This document shows positions 52,188-64,000 of a DNA stretch of 64,000 nt, in pieces (position 1 is the stretch's first letter; each line of letters begins with the position of its first letter). A program made the position numbers and the translations under genes. The notes below the pieces were generated by a model. It worked only from the letters and a program-made list of their open reading frames with translations. It had not been told where the DNA came from and searched no databases. The stretch comes from Cycas panzhihuaensis (lineage: Eukaryota; Plantae; Cycadophyta), in assembly GCA_023213395.1 (NCBI GenBank), contig CM041465.1, positions 249,743,741 through 249,807,740 of the forward strand, read 5' to 3'.

Positions 52188-55100
52188 TATTAGAGTATAA
52201 TGTTTTATCTTAAGATTATAAAAGAAGGGGGTAATATAATTAAACCCTCATTGTACTTAATGTAAATATAATACACATGATTGGTTATAGTTAACCATGT
52301 AACGATTACATAGCTTGATGTATAAAGAGAAGAATTCCTCACATAATACAAGATAGATTTTTCCCTCCATCAATTAGAGGAGTCAGATCTGAACATGGTA
52401 TCAAAGTAGGCTATCGAGCATGTCTGTTAGAGGAGGCCTCAATTGTAAGAAATTAAGTCAAGACATTTACTTAGATCAATCCAACAAGAATGGGCATTAA
52501 TTAAAGAAGGCTAGAAGAGATTAAATTACTCTAAAAAAGTGTACAAAATATTTATATGGAATCGTATGATTGTACGAACAACAAAAAATCAAAGTGCTTA
52601 TAATTACACCAAACTTATCGAGATTGAAGATCTCGATCTCCATGCCATTTTTTCCTTATGCATTAAATTAATATGAGTTTGTTTCAAAGGGGTTTTGGTC
52701 ACTTTTTCTCGCACACAAGTTTGAAGGCAAGATCCTCAATTTTTTGAAAAACTTCACTCAAATTCTAGGTAATAATTACTATAATATCTCATCTCTATTA
52801 ATACAAATGGATTAAGTGTTGTTATGAAGAGATTTTCTGGTTTTTTTTAAAGATTTAAGCATTTTTTCAAAAATCCTTAGGTGCACATTTTAGATTTTCA
52901 AGCCCTTTTTTCTCCTAGTTTAGAATAAATATTCAAAAACTAATCATAGATCTAGATACCCATTTAGAAGATCTATATTTTGAGGTACTTTTATTATTTA
53001 ATCCATACAACTTTGATTCCACACAAAAACCCATATAGAGATCCATACAATCATACAACCCAGTCATCTTAAGTTTGTTTCTGAAATAACATTCATATCT
53101 CCATCTGTACAACCATGGCATCCTCTATTTTGGGCCTTAATGATGCAGATAAACTGATTGGAAATAATTATCATGTCTGGAGAATTAAAATAGAAGCCCC
53201 TTTGCATGCCAAAAATACCTGGAGGTTAACCATTAGAGAAGAAAAGATACCTAAAACAAAAGGATATACCTAGAAAAACTAGAAAGAAAGAAATAATCTA
53301 AGAGTAATAACTCTAAAAATGTTAGTCTCTTGTCATCCTTTAATATACACTGACAAATCAAATTCTTGCTGTTAAATTTGGAAAACCTTTAAAAATCTTT
53401 ATGTACAAAAGAATAGAGCAAGGATTATAACTTTGAAAGAGGAGTTATTCAAATTATTTATAAAATAAACAAAAATAGTAGCTAACTTCATTCATAAAGT
53501 CACTACAATCTGGAATGACCTTTTAAGCATTGGGGTAAATATCTCTGAAAGGGAAGTAGTGGAAATGATAGTAGTTAAACTCCTAAAGGCATTTGATATG
53601 ACTATCAATACAATAACCAATATTGACTTAATTGAAGAAATGACTCTTGATGAACTGATTGATATGTTGTTGAGACAAGAACAAAGAAATAGAAGATATG
53701 AAGATACCGCTGAACTGGAAGATGCCTTTGTGACAAAATTAAACATAAGAGACTCTAGAGGATGTGGTCGATTCAGAGGCAGAGCATGCACTCTAGATTC
53801 CAAACCTTCATCATGAGGAAGATGGTTAGAAAGTAGGGGACACAGTCACATGTATCCACTAAGAGATGCTCAAGTATGTTTCAATTATGGTAAACCCAGA
53901 CACTTCTCAAGCTAATGTTATATATTTGACATTTACTACTATTATGAAAAACCAAGACACTACCCATACCGATGTCCTCAATAGAGAGCAGATATTCAGA
54001 GAGGGAAGAGACTAGCTAGAAACTATAGTAAGGAGCAACCAAATAAAGAAGATATAGAAATAACCTTTATTACCACTCTGTCATCTAGTCTTCAAGACAA
54101 GGACATATGGTATATTGATTCTGGGGTGTTACAACACATGACAAGCAGGGAAGATTGGTTCAAATCCATCAAACCCTACTCCTTAGAAAAATTAGTCAAA
54201 TTAGGAGATAAGTATACCTTGAATATCAAAGGAGTAGGAACCATTGTTGTGAATTTATAAGGTTTTGTAAAGAAAATTAGTAATATACTTCTTGTACCAG
54301 GGCTAAAGATGAACCTTCTCTCAGTAACACTATTAAGCAACAAAAACTTAAGAACTATATTTGATTAGAAAGGAATGCGTTATGTATTGGACATAAAAAA
54401 TGGTAGTGTTGTCATTTCTAAAGGGGTAAAGTATAATGACCTATATAAACTTTTATCCATTCCTATTGATTCAAAATTGGATGTAAAGGTATTCTTTGTT
54501 GTAAATTATAATGACAATAATAAAGTGTGGCATTTGAAGTATAGGCATCTCCTTGTGGATAAATTAGAAATGATAATATATATATATATATAGTTAATGG
54601 GATTCCTTTCATTTCGTCAGAGTATTTTATTTATAAAGGCTGTCAATTTGGAAAACAATATCATTTTCTTTTCAAAACCAATGAATGGCATGTTCAAGAA
54701 AAATTATAACTAATACACACAAATTTATGTGGTCCTCTAACACCTCTTTCCATAAATGGCTCTAGATATTTTTTAAACTTCATTGATGATTTCACTAGGA
54801 AGGTGTGGGTATATTTCATTCATAATAAATTAGAAGTATTTGATACATTTAAAGAGTTTAAGGTTGAGGTAGAATTAGAGTTAGAATGTCAAATTAAATG
54901 TATCAAATCTGATAATAGGGGTGAATATATTTTGAAAGAATTCCTAGAGTATTGCAAAACTAAAGGTATATGAAGGCAGTTCACAACTCCCTATATACCT
55001 CAGTCTAACAACATCGTAGAATGGAAAAACATGACTATTATGGAAATGGCATGTAGCATGATCCATGGCAAATAAATTTTAAGAACTTAAAGGGATGAAG

Positions 55101-57426
55101 GAGTAAGTACAACATGTTATCTAATAAATCAATATCTAACCATAGTACTACAGTAGACTACCCCAGAAGAAGAATGGACAAGAAGAAAATCTAATGTAAG
55201 TAACTTAAAAATCTTTGGTACTTGAGCATTTATTTATATACAAGATAAAAATAGGACAAAACTTGATTTAAAATGTATATAGTGCATTATGATTGGGTAT
55301 ACCAAAAACTCAAAAGGATACAAGTGCATAGATCCTAAAACCAATAAAATCTATGTAGGTAGGGATGTGTTTTTTAATAAAGATATCCTTACTTAGATCA
55401 AGCCTTTAGTTCAAACATTTGAAGAAGTACCAAGGATTGAGCCTAAAAAAGAACCTCTTATTGAAGAATTTGGAGTGACTATAGAAACTAATTTAGAAGA
55501 ATCAGAGTCCACTCCTCTCATAGAAGGAGAACAATAATCAGAAGAATCAATCATTGAAGCACCAAAAGGGGAGAAGAAAGTGCCAAAATAGTACATCAAA
55601 ATAAGAGAAGAAGGAAAAAGGAATATATTCACACATAGAACTAGGAGTTAGTGTCATCAAGCTCTTCTCAGTAGATTAGAGATTTAGTCATTTGAAGAAG
55701 CAAAAGAACATGCCAAATGGAGGTAAATAATGAATGCAGAAATGGATGCCATTGCCAAAAATCAAACTTGGGATCTAGTAGAGTTACCTCCAAATAAACC
55801 AGTTGTCAATTATAAATGGGTATACAAGGCAAAAGAAGGAGCTAATGGCAAAATAAGAAAGTTCAAAGTGAGACTTGTAGCAACAGGATACACTCAAACC
55901 CCTAGAATCAGCTTTGATGAAACATTCTCTCCTATTGCTAAACTAAATATTATTTGACCAGTAATTGCACTAGTAGCATACAACAACTAGAAGATTTAAT
56001 AGTTAGATGTCAAAAATGCCTTTCTAAATAGAGACTTAAAGGAAGAAGTCTAGATGCAACAACTAGAAGGCTATGTCAAGTAAGTACAAGAACATCTAGT
56101 ATGCAAACTTTAAAAGGATTTATATAGATTGAAATAGACTCTTAGAACTTGGTATGCGAAGTTGGACAAACATTTGTCTCAAAGTGGCTTTCACATATGT
56201 AGTTTTGATTCCAGTCTATATGAAAAAAGAAATGATGGAAATATCTCAATTATTGTTGTCTATGTTGGTGACATGATTCTCATAGGAGATGATATTAAAT
56301 CTATCTCAAATATAAAGAGCCAGTTGGAATAAGACTTTGAAATGATAGATTTAGGTTCCTTGAATTATTACCTGGGAATAGAAATTGAGAAAATTGAAGA
56401 ATCAATCATATTATCACAAAGCAAATACATCATAGATTTGCTAGTTAAATTTGAAATGGAGAATTGAAATGAATGTGTAACTCCTATGGAAGTAAATTAC
56501 AATCTAGTCTTAGATGAAGGAGTACCTACTATCAACAATACTCTTTATGGGCAATTGATTGGAAGCTTGATCTATCTCACTACCATAAGACTTGATATCT
56601 CAAACTTAGTAGGTTTGGTCTTCAGATACATACATGAGCCAAGAATGAAACATTAGAAAGTAACTAAAAGGATACTCAGATATATAGAAGAAACTATGGA
56701 CCTGAAACTAGTATATACCAAAGAGAAATTAACTCAATTGCTTAGATATTATAATTCTAACTAGGTAGGAGATAAAGAAGATAGGAGATCTACTAGTGGA
56801 TATTGCTTCTTCTTGGACTCAACTACCATTTCCTGGTGTAATAAAAAGTAGCCAACAATTGCTCTTTCATCAATTGAAGTAGAATACAAATCGGTAGTTA
56901 ATATGATATGTGAAGCACTATGTCTTAGGAAACTATTAATGGATATAAATCAACTAAAATAAGGATCAATAACTTTACTTTGTGATAATCAGAGTGTAAT
57001 AAAGTTCATTAAAAATCCTACTCCACATGCACGAACAAAACACATAGAAGTGCACCATCACTTCATTCGAAAAAAAGTGCAAAGTAAAGAGATTGATCTA
57101 ATATACTGTCCCATAACAAACCAAGTTATAGATATTCTAACAAAATCCCTTGGCAGAGACAAGTTTCAAATTCTTGGAGAGAAAATAAGACTAAAAGGAT
57201 AAAACATTAACAGAGAGTGTTAGAGTATAATGTTTTATCTTAGGATTATTAAAAGAAGGGGGTAATGTAATTAAACCCTCAGTATAGTTAATGTAAATAT
57301 AATACATATGATTGGTTATAATAAACCATGTAATGGTTACATAGCTTTATGTATAAAGAGAGGAATTTCTCACATAATATAAGATAGATTTTTCCCTCCA
57401 TCAATCAGAGGAGTTAGATTTGAATA
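52188..57426 (+). mobile_element. Full-length decayed Ty1/Copia retrotransposon with short LTRs
   Basis: LTRs 52188-52395 and 57218-57426 (~208 bp); TSD GAATA at 52183-52187 and 57427-57431; iMet PBS TGGTATCAAAG at 52396. Confidence 0.95.
53115..57202 (+). pseudogene. Copia gag-pol (gag, PR, INT, RT, RH) with many stops
   Basis: MASSILGLNDADKLIGNNYHVW; WYIDSG protease; FIDDF and KSDNRGEY integrase; NQTWDLVELP..KWVYKAK RT; RSTSGY and RTKHIEVHHHFIR RNase H. Confidence 0.92.
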
Positions 57427-59445
57427 GAATATGTTTGAGCTCTCCAAAGAAGGAAGAACATATAACTTCTATTTGCTTAAGCCAATGATAAACTAATAAG
57501 AGATTATGGTTAAGATGCTTTTCGATGAGAGTGATTTTATTGTTGACTATTTTATCTTTAGTTAAAATAGGAAGTGTGACTAGCCCTAAAGGTTTGGTGC
57601 TTGAGTTATCATAACTACGATAGTCCTAAGAGACTACTTCATAAGCTTGAATGCCAAATAGAGGCATTCATCATATGGACATCATATTAATGGATGATCA
57701 CTCATCAACCAAAACATAATTAAATTAGAAGTCTTCAATCTCAATTGAAATGAAAATAGGAGATAAAGATTCTATAACTCATTGTCCTTCCAATAGGAGC
57801 ATTGTTGGATCAAAGGTAATATAACATGTTTAAGTTCTCTTGTGTTAAGATCTACCACAGTGATACCTTAGGCTTCCAAAAGCTATTGAGTTTAATTAAT
57901 ACAAGAATAAAAGACATTTAACCTGGAAATTCTAACAGTATTAATTTGTAATTCATCCATGTAAGAGTATGATCTATCCTTAATTCACCATCAAAACTAA
58001 TTCTATATTTGCCTTACATTCATTGAAGTTATTCCTATTGAAAATGACCAGAGGAACCAACCTTTGCATGATGAAGAATGGGCAAACATAGGGACTTTAT
58101 ACCAACCTTGCATAGGTAATATTCCTTCGAACACAATATTCAAATAGTCCATTCCATAAAATAGATTATAAAGGCTCACAAAGGCAGATAACCACTCACA
58201 TATGAGCCCATAGAGATGAAGCTCCTAAGCATATATCACAACATAATAATATTAAATATTTATCTAATGTAATAGTAAATTAAGCAACAATAGGGGATCA
58301 ACTATAATACATGAGAGACCACTTACACATGTGTCTCAAATAAAGAATCAAAGCTTTCCTCATTTAATTTTACACATGAACTTCTTTAGTTACCCCATAA
58401 ATTTGTAAACATAACAAAGCCTAATTAAATAAAACATATACACGCCACCACAAAATAAATAAAAAAGGGTGCAATATATGACACAAAAATTAAGGTTATT
58501 CCTTAAAATACCTTTGATTTAATGCAACTCTCCTTGGATCAATTTTGTGAATGAGAGTGACCAAGGTTTATAAAAGTCTATAGTTGTAAATCTCTTTATG
58601 TCCTCACATCATCCTCTTGTGTGTGTGTCTTCATCTATGGCATCGACAAAAAACGTAAGAATATTATTATCTATAACTTTCTTCATATCCTCATGTTGTC
58701 TCTAGTTGGTGATAAAGACTATGACTAATGCATCTCTTCAACCATCGACTGACAACTAAATAGAGGGGTGTTTGGTGACTAAACAAAAGGGCAATGAGTG
58801 ATTGCCTTACAATAAAATAGGCTACAGGTGAGATGACTTTGGATTTTGGTGGTTGGATATACTACGATAATTAAAACAATAACTCTAATATCCTCTCGAC
58901 TTTATCTAATGATAGGGCTAGATATACAATATAGGGATGTTTAAATAAATATCGATGTAGCATCCCCTTAACTACATATTACATATCCTACAATAGATAT
59001 CCACTCAGTCTTTATCCACTCTAGATAATGCACATGGGCAATGACTCTATCATAATGATCATACTTATGTTAGATGGTAGCTCACTTTATATCTAGTGAT
59101 TTCCACAATGGGTATTATAGGTTTCACCTAGTAGCTAGTGATTATTCATCTTACCATCTATGTAATGATGCATGTAATGTAGATATGCCTTTCACAACAC
59201 ATATATGCCTTGTCTCCTCTCTTCTCACATCTAACAATTTGTTGCATAGAGTGCTGATAACTTGCAATAACAAATCTAATGGAGGAGGAACCTGAGCTGT
59301 TCAAAGAATAACCATTATAGTACTATGGCCGCTCTTTTGATTTTTGGAGAAATCGATACTCAGTGAAGGGTTATGCCAACACTACTTAACAACCTGCGTC
59401 CTAATCACTCCACCTAACACTCACTTTCTTTATGTATGACCATCT

Positions 59446-59731
59446 ACTTTGATACCATGTTAGAAACAAGCATGAAAAACATGATGCAAATAATTTATAT
59501 ATACAACAAGAATGAAAGATACAAACACATAATATAATAGAGTTATGTGGGAAACCTTTTAGTAAAAACCCACCACAAAATAATTTGATTATATTGGTAT
59601 AAAAGATATTGATACAATAGACTCCAGATCTCTTTAAATAGATCCTTAAGTGTCTTAAATGTACATCTGTTGACCTATATTAACCTTAATACAATATATT
59701 AATCTTGACAATATTCACACCACATTTAACA
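59446..59731 (-). mobile_element. Copia-like 5' LTR (59458-59731) plus iMet PBS of a truncated element
   Basis: TGTTA...TAACA termini; minus strand CA|TGGTATCAAAG at 59457; partner LTR not found. Confidence 0.6.
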
Positions 59732-60541
59732 TTAGTCAATTAAGATACCACTATAATATAAATAATTTTTTCCTTGATGATGTTTAGGCTAATTCTACAT
59801 TAACTAGTGAGAATTTTATAATTTTTTATTTTTCTTATAAGGACTATAACTTATAAATCATAGCCTAGTTTCAATTCAAATTTTGTAAACATAAGAATTT
59901 TGGTATTTTAACCAAAAGCATTTTTGGCCTAGCCATAAATTATTGACAAAAATTTAAAAATTCTATGCAAATAGGAAATTTCATTATTCTCTAAGAGACC
60001 TTAAAATTAAGAGTTCAATATAACTCCCTTGTCAGTACTTAAATTAGCATCTAAAACATCAATGGAAGGTAAGGTGTTGAGGTAGAGATGCCATTAGTAA
60101 TGGAGGGCATGGGAAGAGAACACACAAGTAGGAGAGCCAATGTAAAAGACCCAGTGGGGGAGAAGAAAAGAAATGAAGACCTGAGTGAGAGGGATGATAG
60201 AAAAAATGCATAGGAAGGTATGTTGAGATATACACTAAAATCAAAGGTCTATGGGATAAAAGAGGCATGATAGGTACATTGATAAAAGGGAAATGATTTG
60301 AGCATACATGTGGAGTAGATATAGGATGGTAGACATGAGAAGGAATTAGATACAAAGAAGGATGACAGGTAGAGGGCAAGGGTTTCAAATGGTACATATG
60401 GAAGACAAAGATAAAATAGTGGAAATTAGATGATGGGAAAATGAGATAAGGTCATGTTAATGACTCTAAAGGATTAGGAAAATAGGCTACAAAAGTAGAG
60501 TTGCTTATTAATGATTGTCATATGTGCTAAGAACAGACAAA

Positions 60542-60932
60542 TCTAATACCACTTGTAGTGGACCCAACACCCACTACTAGCAATAATCCATAAATCGATA
60601 GAGGAACTTGAGTAAATTATACATAACATGCCAAATAAACATGCACATAAGTACTAATGAAAGCTAAAATACAATTAGAAACTAAGATAAATTCTTCAGA
60701 AGAAGATATTTGGTTTATTAATTCTTCAATATGATCTTCATACAATATTTAAAGGGTATATTTATTCAAAAATATACACACCTTTTCATCCTTATTACCT
60801 ATTTAAATTTGTCTTTCCAAATATTATTTCATTGTTATCATTAACCCATATTGTTATTAAACCTATGCTAACTTATACTTAGCATTATTAAATATATGCT
60901 AACATATACTCTAGGTTGTGGGACCCATAACA
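60542..60932 (-). mobile_element. LTR (60554-60932) plus eroded iMet PBS of another truncated element
   Basis: TGTAGTGGACCC...GGGACCCATAACA termini; minus strand CA-AG-TGGTATTAGA. Confidence 0.55.
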
Positions 60933-60935
60933 TTA

Positions 60936-60960
60936 AAGTGGGGAGAATGTAATATACCGT
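60936..60960 (+). other. PPT-like tract and start of a further LTR at 60948
   Basis: AAGTGGGGAGAA|TGTAATATACC is a typical Gypsy 3' LTR junction. Confidence 0.35.
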
Positions 60961-63167
60961 ATTGTGCTAAGGCTATTTTTTATTATTTTGGTGGTAATAA
61001 GTGTATATTTCTATTCTAGTTTATAATAAAGTAGTGATGGATTTACACCATCTATAAAGTATGTAATCAAATAGTACCCTATAAAAAGGATACGAATTAT
61101 CCTCAAACTTCTTAACATAAATATATAATAGGATTTGAGTTAAGAGCTTAGATATCATAGTAGTCTAGGTGTAGCATGGGGTTTTGATTTATGTTTGTAT
61201 CATTTATTCATTTTAACCATTTACTAAGAGATTATACTTTCTACTAAAGTGAACTCAAAAAGAGGTGGAATAAATATTGGTGGGCTACCTTTTAACTTTG
61301 AAATCTTAGGGTTGATATTACCATGACCCTAATATTGTTGATTAGGACCTACTAATAAAAAGTGAGATATGGGTTGTGGTTATATTTATTACAATGGTAT
61401 ATGAACCTTTTGTATAAATTATATAAGAGATACATGTTTTTGGCATGGAAAAAATTCCATTTAGTCATGAGATTTATGTCATTACAATGGTACTACTTCT
61501 ATATGGTCATTTGTTGAAGTTCTACTCAATGGTTATGGTATATATTAGGAGGGAACCCTTATTTTCTAATATTTGCCTAAATCTTCCAATTACTCCTTAT
61601 TTATAACTCCATTTGGTTTATGTTATAGAAGGTCATGAGTTCCTTAATCTCTCATCCTCATCTATACTATTAGCAAGGTGGGTAATTAGGATAGGTTGAG
61701 CAGATAGGAGATGAGGAGATCTATAGCCTTTTTATAGATGTTTTAACTCTCTATTTTAGAAGCATATCATTTATGTGATTTAGCACTCAATTTAATGATA
61801 TGAAAGTGCATTAAAGCTTGTAATTTAAAATATTGAATTAAGTAAAAAATTTCCTTTTTAAGTTTTGTACTAATGACCCCTTATAGATATTCAGAGTAAA
61901 TGGAATTATCATTATAATTAAATCAAATAGAATTTTTCATATTGCATTTTTTGTAATGATGATCTATTTCATGTATTGAGGGTAAATGGAATTGTTATTA
62001 TAATAGTAAATAATTCTTTACATGGAAAAATGTTATTTGTACATTTGATTGGAGGTGATTAATACAACTTACAAAGTAGGAATTTGATGAACTTTGTATG
62101 TATTAAAATTTCATCTAACCCCTTCCCCATCTTTAATCTATAATATTAGTAAGCATGTTCTTCATGGTCCTAGTCTATTATAGAATTATTTTCATAAGAT
62201 CCTTCTTTTTCTTCTGCTTATGAGAGGATGTTTTCTTCATTTATAACAAGTTTCAAATGTCCTAATTCAAGGAATTTTACATAAAAATAGCACTTATATC
62301 TTATAATCCATGAATAAATTCTTAAATATTTAATTCTAATGGTCCTTGATTTGCACTTTCCATGTAACTAAAATTCAAATTCACTGCTATACAATAAGAA
62401 TATAAAGTATTCAATATTAAATGGAGAATCTTGAAACATTGAATATTATTATTACCTATGGTATTTTTCTCATCAAGGTGGATCCTAAATATTTTGGGAT
62501 ATGAATTAATAAATATCCCTCTAGACTAGCTCTATATAAGATTCTATTTGATAACAAACAACATCTTGTAGTAACAATAAGTGTCAATTAATCATTATTA
62601 TATTATTCAAATTTAGTTCTAATGGCAAAGTTTGGATAAAGTAGTCCAAAGTGATTGAACTACTCTTTACTCACTACACTGGCTACTCTTATCCCATTTT
62701 AGTCATTCTACTCAGATTAGGTATTATAACTCAAAATGAGTAGCATTGAGTAGATATATCTCTTAGCATTCCAAAAAATATAAGGTTAGTTGGAACAAAT
62801 GTCATATGACTTTGACCAAAGCACCTAAAGTATCCATTATTCATCATCATCACTATAAGCTCATGCTACCTGATAAGATAATGTATATGGTTTATAAAAC
62901 TAATAAAGTACTATTGGAAAGTAATGTTAAATTAATAGTCAATCTATGATTTTGGAGATTATTATTATTACTTTTCCCTCTCTATAGTTCAACACTATTA
63001 AATTATATCAATAGAGTTGCTCTTATTTCTTAGTAGTTCTCATAAGATTCTTGTTATGTAAGCATCATTAATATATGTGTTAGAGATTTCTTCTTGATGA
63101 ATTCTCATAGTTTATCTTTGAGGCTCCCCAAACTCGTTAGACCTTTATGAGGTGACATGCATCTATA

Positions 63168-64000
63168 TGTTGGGTATTGTGACAATAATTATAGGCCTAA
63201 AATTATGGCCTGTTTTTGGCATGGTTTCCCCTCTTAATCTTTCTCAGGGGGTTCCAAGGGGGGTGGGAGCCCCCCCTTGGCCGGGTGTGGGGAGTGGGCA
63301 TGCTAAGAGGGGGTTCGGGGGTGATAGCCCCCAACCTAATAAATTGACCATGTAAACCTTATTAAAGTGTAAAGAGAATCAGGGTCGTACAATAAAAATA
63401 CCCTAGATTCTATGGTTAAGATTTTAGGTCTTGGATGTCCTCTCATGTAACCTATTTTAGGGCTTTTCTTATTATGTTGTAATGTTATGCAATGTACTGT
63501 GAAGAGGGAGGTGGTTGATTGTTGTTCCAGAGAGCACTCTGTATCTGTGATATATTATTTTCTCCATTCTGTAGCAATTAAGATCGATACATTTCCTGTG
63601 TGGATGTTTCCCTAGCACACTGCTAGGGTTTTACCACATTATATCAGGTGCACATGTGATGTTCGGATTTCATTATCTTGTTACTGTATAATTTCTAATT
63701 TTAAGAACTTGCATGTAATTGTATGTTTCATTTCTATAACTAGTGGTAAGAAAGTAATAGATCTTGGTGGCTGTTAGAGGGTTGGACCTTCTATTCTCAA
63801 CAAGTGATATCAGAGCCACTCCTTTTCTTACAGTGAGTTTGTGAAGGTTTTTGATGTCAGATTTTCTATACCAAATGGCGAAACTGGCGAGTGCAAAGTT
63901 TGAGGTGGAGAAATTCAATGGCAAGAACAACTTCGAGTTATGGAAGCTAAAAGCGTACGATATTCTTGTACAGCAGGGTTTGTACAAAGTTCTTGCAGGA
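63168..64000 (+). mobile_element. 5' end of a young Tork/Tnt1-like Copia (runs off the window)
   Basis: LTR 63168-63802 (TGTTGG...TCAACA); PBS TGATATCAGAGCC at 63805-63817 (iMet with one G>A); gag start at 63875. Confidence 0.88.
63875..64000 (+). CDS. Copia gag N-terminus (partial, open to the window end)
   Basis: MAKLASAKFEVEKFNGKNNFELWKLKAYDILVQQGLYKVLAG, a Tnt1-like start. Confidence 0.85.
   Translation, partial: MAKLASAKFEVEKFNGKNNFELWKLKAYDILVQQGLYKVLAG

Larger units (their letters stand above)
46400..57900 (-). mobile_element. Older degraded relative of the Tat element (LTRs not delimited), interrupted by a Copia
   Basis: Integrase end ~48900-49370 (PKWVGPF); RT 50687-51040 (MDGF..YN, TTPWGT, VYIDD); protease relic YRSYDNSSTKPLGLVTLP at ~57570-57625. 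Same gene order as the young element. Confidence 0.82.

Overview
Plant (probably gymnosperm- or fern-type) intergenic DNA made almost entirely of nested LTR retrotransposons on an AT-rich, CpG/CHG-eroded background; I found no intact host gene. From left to right: degraded Gypsy pol remnants; an old Athila-like Gypsy element (6165-17995, minus, TSD ATGAG) whose 5' LTR holds a ~1 kb (TA)n expansion; a young, GC-rich 16.6 kb Tat-clade Gypsy element (18175-34762, minus, 2.6 kb LTRs, TSD GTGGA); a deleted chromovirus (37590-45212) with a PLS-type PPR gene fragment in place of most of pol; an older relative of the Tat element (~46400-57900) interrupted by a full-length decayed Copia (52188-57426, TSD GAATA); several LTR fragments; and the 5' end of a young Tork/Tnt1-like Copia at the right edge. 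The most notable system is the 3' accessory region of the Tat element. Its pol RNase H lacks catalytic residues, and an intact stand-alone archaeal-type RNase HI gene (21509-21087) lies ~3.9 kb downstream of integrase, with its own ATG and a putative 5'-UTR intron. That gene is head-to-head, across one near-palindromic TATA box, with an antisense, spliced Plant-Mobile-Domain-like gene (22140-24611). A tandem covarying RNA stem-loop follows the integrase stop, and a hairpin sits where the PPT should be. The antisense gene, its intron position, the TATA and the stem-loop are recognisably conserved in the older relative. All alignments and folds were done by eye; no databases were searched.
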